A stretch of 59,531 nt of DNA from IMG/VR virus record IMGVR_UViG_3300021959_000043, positions 1 through 59,531 of that record. One strand, 5' to 3'. The DNA comes from a virus (lineage: Duplodnaviria > Caudoviricetes). The notes beneath the pieces are model-generated. The model did no database searches, had not been told where the DNA came from, and worked only from the letters and a program-made list of their open reading frames with translations. Position 1 is the stretch's first letter; each line of letters begins with the position of its first letter. Made by a program: the position numbers and the translations under genes. This document shows, in pieces, positions 56,284 through 59,531 of the stretch.

Positions 56284-56550
56284 TTATCCTATAAAATGTT
56301 TTGTCCAAGCTATTAAACCATTTAAGTTTAAAGCTACTAAATTCCATTGTTTTCTTGACGCTGTTTGTATCATAACACAAATAAAACCTAAGATATAAAG
56401 CTTAGGTTCTAATGTCCACTGTGCTGCAATTAAAAAACCAGCACCCATGTATCCTGCTCTAGTCGCTAGACGTTTCCAAGGACTTAGCCTTTTCTGTCTT
56501 ACTAGATTCTTTAACAATATCTTCTTTAATTTTGTTAATTGCTTTTTCAT
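56284..56550 (-). CDS. small membrane protein (start uncertain)
   Basis: Hydrophobic C-terminal half; overlaps the upstream ORF by about 90 nt if the first ATG is used. Confidence 0.6.
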   Translation of the reverse strand: MKKQLTKLKKILLKNLVRQKRLSPWKRLATRAGYMGAGFLIAAQWTLEPKLYILGFICVMIQTASRKQWNLVALNLNGLIAWTKHFIG

Positions 56551-56695
56551 AACCTTTTTTATCCATTATTTTTAAACATTCTAAAGTTCCTACTGCTAAA
56601 TCTCTTATGTTACTAATTTCGTTTAGTATATGCTCTATTATTCTACTTTGAGCATCAAGAGTTCTTTTCATCTCTATTAATTTGCTTTCTTTCAT
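56459..56695 (-). CDS. hypothetical protein (78 aa)
   Basis: ORF track. Confidence 0.65.
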   Translation of the reverse strand: MKESKLIEMKRTLDAQSRIIEHILNEISNIRDLAVGTLECLKIMDKKGYEKAINKIKEDIVKESSKTEKAKSLETSSD

Positions 56696-56870
56696 TTTTA
56701 TAATCTATTATAAACCCTACAAAAACAACTATATTCATACCTAAACTAGCTATAATTTTGTATACGTCTTGCATATCATTTACTGATAAATGTATGTGAC
56801 CTACTATCCAAAAAGGCATTGCTAAGTTTTGACTTATCCAAACTATAGTATATTTTATAAAGCTTTTCAT
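56655..56870 (-). CDS. small two-TM membrane protein (71 aa)
   Basis: WISQNLAMPFWIVGHIHL...IIASLGMNIVVFVGFII. Confidence 0.65.
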   Translation of the reverse strand: MKSFIKYTIVWISQNLAMPFWIVGHIHLSVNDMQDVYKIIASLGMNIVVFVGFIIDYKNERKQINRDEKNS

Positions 56871-56948
56871 TTATATTTTTTTTTAACAAAATCTCTCATA
56901 CCATTCCAGTTAAGATCTTTATATATATCTTCTTCTGTTATATCTATT

Positions 56949-57917
56949 TTACCAGATATCTTCGAAGTCTTCACCTTCGTTAGCCTTTGAATAATCAGTT
57001 GGCCTAATAGCGAAAAAATCAGTATGAGTGACGCCCCCGGTAAGATGGTAAAACCAATCAAGATTAGACGCTGCTTTTTTGTCATAAGCGAAATACGATC
57101 CCAAGTCGATATAACCAAGTTCCACAAGTTTTTCATTTGCTCTCTTTTTTATAAATTGTTTTAAATCATTAGCTGATATACCTTCAATGTCTCCAGCTTC
57201 AAACATCTTATCAATGTAACTGCTTTCAAGAATAACCATTGTTTCAGCAGCTTTTATTATATCTTCTCGACATAAATGTAGTAATTGCTCATTTTCTTTA
57301 CACATATCACGGTATAGCTTACAGCCCATTTTACTGTGTAATGATTCATCTCTTACTGACCATTTCATTTGTTGCCCGATACCCTTGAGTAAATTTCGAA
57401 GCTGAAAACTATACAACACTGCAAAAGCAGAATACAAACTGACTCCTTCAGCGAAGGCTGAAAATACAGCCAAGCTTTTCGCAATGCCCACAGGATTATT
57501 CCCGTCACAAGCAACCAAATTATCAAATCTTGCAGACGTCGCTGGTTCGTGTAAAAACGCTTCATAATCTTCTAGTTTTAAAGTTTCATTTAAGTAACTA
57601 TATGCTACAGCATGCACAGTTTCCTGTGAGCCAAACATCATAGCCATTTGTCTTATTTCGTGTTTAGGAAACCACGATACGACGTTCTGGGTCCAATAGT
57701 CTGATACCGCGCATTCCGTCTGCGCGAATCCAAGAAGTATGTTCCCGACAAGGTGTTTTTCTTTTTCGTTAAGTTTTTCATTCCAATCTTTTATATCGCT
57801 CTGCATTGATATTTCGGTGTGTAACCAAAATGCTTGAGCTTGTTTTAACCAACCTTCTGTGTAATATTCAGGGTATTCAAACGGTTTGTACGCTATGCGC
57901 TCATCAAACAATCCCAT
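56949..57917 (-). CDS. nrdB: ribonucleotide reductase class I beta subunit
   Basis: AFWLHTE, ETVHAVAY (radical Tyr), AEGVSLYSAF, RDESLH, TDFF. Confidence 0.95.
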   Translation of the reverse strand: MGLFDERIAYKPFEYPEYYTEGWLKQAQAFWLHTEISMQSDIKDWNEKLNEKEKHLVGNILLGFAQTECAVSDYWTQNVVSWFPKHEIRQMAMMFGSQETVHAVAYSYLNETLKLEDYEAFLHEPATSARFDNLVACDGNNPVGIAKSLAVFSAFAEGVSLYSAFAVLYSFQLRNLLKGIGQQMKWSVRDESLHSKMGCKLYRDMCKENEQLLHLCREDIIKAAETMVILESSYIDKMFEAGDIEGISANDLKQFIKKRANEKLVELGYIDLGSYFAYDKKAASNLDWFYHLTGGVTHTDFFAIRPTDYSKANEGEDFEDIW

Positions 57918-58069
57918 TATTTATACACAGTTAAGCAAAAGTCAATAAAAGGCACGTATAATACCCATGATACTTGCTCAGGTTCATCGTATGTTCTTAT
58001 TCCAAATAATAAGCCAGGATATAATCCTACCTCTATTGACCAATACGCTTTTTTATCTTTATTACCCAT
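57917..58069 (-). CDS. hypothetical protein
   Basis: ORF 57917..58102; likely ATG 58069. Confidence 0.6.
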   Translation of the reverse strand: MGNKDKKAYWSIEVGLYPGLLFGIRTYDEPEQVSWVLYVPFIDFCLTVYK

Positions 58070-58235
58070 AAACTTTAATCTCATATTTATCTTGAATTTC
58101 AATTAGTTCTTTATATTTAATTTTTCCTCTCATTTCCCAACTCCACTTACACCATTTATCTATTTGTCTTTCAGCATATTTTTGTCTAGCTAACCTTTTT
58201 GTTTGTTTAGGATTATTCCTACTGTTTCGTCGCAT
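58062..58235 (-). CDS. hypothetical basic protein (57 aa)
   Basis: Hand translation MRRNSRNNPKQTKRLARQKYAERQIDKWCKWSW...; fills the gap between neighbours. Confidence 0.5.
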   Translation of the reverse strand: MRRNSRNNPKQTKRLARQKYAERQIDKWCKWSWEMRGKIKYKELIEIQDKYEIKVYG

Positions 58236-58651
58236 TCTTTTTGATTTTGTGGTTTGTATAATGTATATCCTGGAAACTGTCTAACTATTAATTGTTTAAA
58301 TAATTTCCATCTCATAGGAAAAGACTCATTAGCCCTACCTTTTGTTTCAATTATAAAATTATCACCAATAAAATCAGGTGTATATTTTATAGGTAATATA
58401 CGTTTACAACCTCTGTTTTTATAATCACCCTTACCATTTGACTGCCTTTCATATACTTCGTTTTCAAAATGAAAACCATTTAATAAAACAAATGTTTCTC
58501 CTTCGTATTTACATTTTATTTTAGCTTTTCTTAAAGCCATATACATATAACGCTCTAGACCTGATGCAAAATTAATACCATCATATGTTACTCTTCTTGA
58601 TACAACAGGCCCACGTTTTTTGCTTTTTCTTTTATAAGGTATTTTTTTCAT
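58190..58651 (-). CDS. PD-(D/E)XK endonuclease, T7 endonuclease I-like (Holliday junction resolvase)
   Basis: FASGLE...YE...YTPDF...IIETKG. Confidence 0.8.
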   Translation of the reverse strand: MKKIPYKRKSKKRGPVVSRRVTYDGINFASGLERYMYMALRKAKIKCKYEGETFVLLNGFHFENEVYERQSNGKGDYKNRGCKRILPIKYTPDFIGDNFIIETKGRANESFPMRWKLFKQLIVRQFPGYTLYKPQNQKECDETVGIILNKQKG

Positions 58652-58928
58652 AATGTGTTCCTTCGTTACCGTTTTGTCCTATGATATTTATTCTGTTCAT
58701 CATTGCTTCTTCTATTTCATCTGTTAAACATCTTCTAGCAGCTTCTATGTACAGTAAAGCGTCCATAAGTTCTTCTTGAACATCAACTAAAAATCTATCA
58801 AGATCTTTTTTTTGACCTTGTATTTCTTCCATCATTGTTGCTCCATATTTTTTCTGACCTATCAAGCTACGCTTGTCCATCTTAGCTAATACAGCTTGTA
58901 CTATCTTATCTTCTGTTTTTATTCTCAT
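58632..58928 (-). CDS. hypothetical protein (GQKKYG...EELMDALLY; all-alpha NTP-PPase-like)
   Basis: Motif in translation. Confidence 0.65.
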   Translation of the reverse strand: MRIKTEDKIVQAVLAKMDKRSLIGQKKYGATMMEEIQGQKKDLDRFLVDVQEELMDALLYIEAARRCLTDEIEEAMMNRINIIGQNGNEGTHYEKNTL

Positions 58929-59479
58929 TATAGCGTGTTTTTTACAAAAGTTCCATTAATCATTTTACCTTTTCTTTTAGCTATTTCATTATAAGCATAG
59001 TCTATACAGTCTTCTATTTTCATATCCTCTAAGGTAGCTAAGTTAGTTAAAACAACTACAATATCACCAATAGCATCATATATTTCTTTTCTATCTTTTT
59101 TTAATAAAGCTTGAGCTAATTCACCTGATTCTTCCATCAGTTTAACGTACTGTGTATGTGAATTACCTTCAGTAGTTATACCTCTAACGTCAGCCCATTC
59201 TCTTATTAAATTAAATCTAGATATTTCTGGATCGCTAGAAGGATTATGCTTTGGATTTAAAAAAGATTCATAAAAAGCTTTATTATATATAAAACATCTT
59301 TCGTTGTCAAACATAGAAGATTTTGCATTTGCCATTATCCATCTTATAGTTTCTGTTGTTAGCTTAAAGTTTCCAAGATTTGTTTTCCACTTTAATCCAA
59401 CGTTATCCATTAATCTTCCTTTAAGTTTATTTAAAGGGCATGGAAAAGTTGAAGTTTGCTCTGTTGCGTTTATTTTCAT
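58928..59479 (-). CDS. MazG-like nucleoside triphosphate pyrophosphohydrolase with N-terminal extension
   Basis: WADVRGI...QYVKLMEESGELA...DAIGDIVVVL...AYNEIAKRKG. Confidence 0.85.
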   Translation of the reverse strand: MKINATEQTSTFPCPLNKLKGRLMDNVGLKWKTNLGNFKLTTETIRWIMANAKSSMFDNERCFIYNKAFYESFLNPKHNPSSDPEISRFNLIREWADVRGITTEGNSHTQYVKLMEESGELAQALLKKDRKEIYDAIGDIVVVLTNLATLEDMKIEDCIDYAYNEIAKRKGKMINGTFVKNTL

Positions 59480-59531
59480 TTTATTTAATATTGGATTTAA
59501 ATTATTATATTTATGAAGATCAATTTTATAG

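Noticed and set aside
56867-57136. 89-aa membrane protein overlapping nrdB
   Set aside because: Most of it overlaps the nrdB 3' end in another frame; at most a short downstream portion is a real gene.
1-59531. Stop-codon reassignment as in some crAss-like phages
   Set aside because: Standard-code ORFs tile the window densely, and TAA, TAG and TGA all end genes at sensible boundaries.
1-59531. Prophage or host chromosomal flank, suggested by groL, gldL and nrdAB
   Set aside because: These genes are embedded in phage operons with phage-type motifs and spacing. No integrase, att site or run of host housekeeping genes is visible.

Overview
The window is a ~59.5 kb, AT-rich piece of a lytic-looking tailed dsDNA phage in the standard genetic code. 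No integrase, CRISPR array or rRNA was seen. Several signs point to a Bacteroidota (Flavobacteriia) host and a short-tailed phage resembling the Cellulophaga phi38:1 / crAss-related type: gene order, protein motifs, AT-rich starts without Shine-Dalgarno sequences, and a captured gldL. This assignment is inference, not a database result. There are three transcription blocks. (1) 1-3.7 kb, minus strand: small early genes behind seven copies of a bipartite promoter-like motif, plus a tRNA-like element. (2) 4.0-54.5 kb, plus strand: tail fibres (one 2341 aa with an S74 chaperone), GroEL-GroES, a cluster of proteins sharing an SP[LI]K motif (two carry zincin HExxH), a mini-GldL next to a holin, a tandem GroES-like protein, terminase, portal, scaffold, major capsid protein, tail ring and nozzle proteins (nozzle split in two and carrying a Fib_succ_major/FISUMP insertion), a GNAT, three ejection proteins and an amidase. 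(3) 54.5-59.5 kb, minus strand: nrdA, nrdB, a T7 endonuclease I-like nuclease and a MazG-like protein. The most striking candidate system is a phage-encoded, internally shortened GldL (T9SS/gliding motor subunit). It keeps the proton-channel residues, has its own late-promoter motif and lies directly upstream of the holin. Also notable are a pseudoknot plus (CAAACA)6 leader, and two identically spaced palindromic elements at the early/late divergence.
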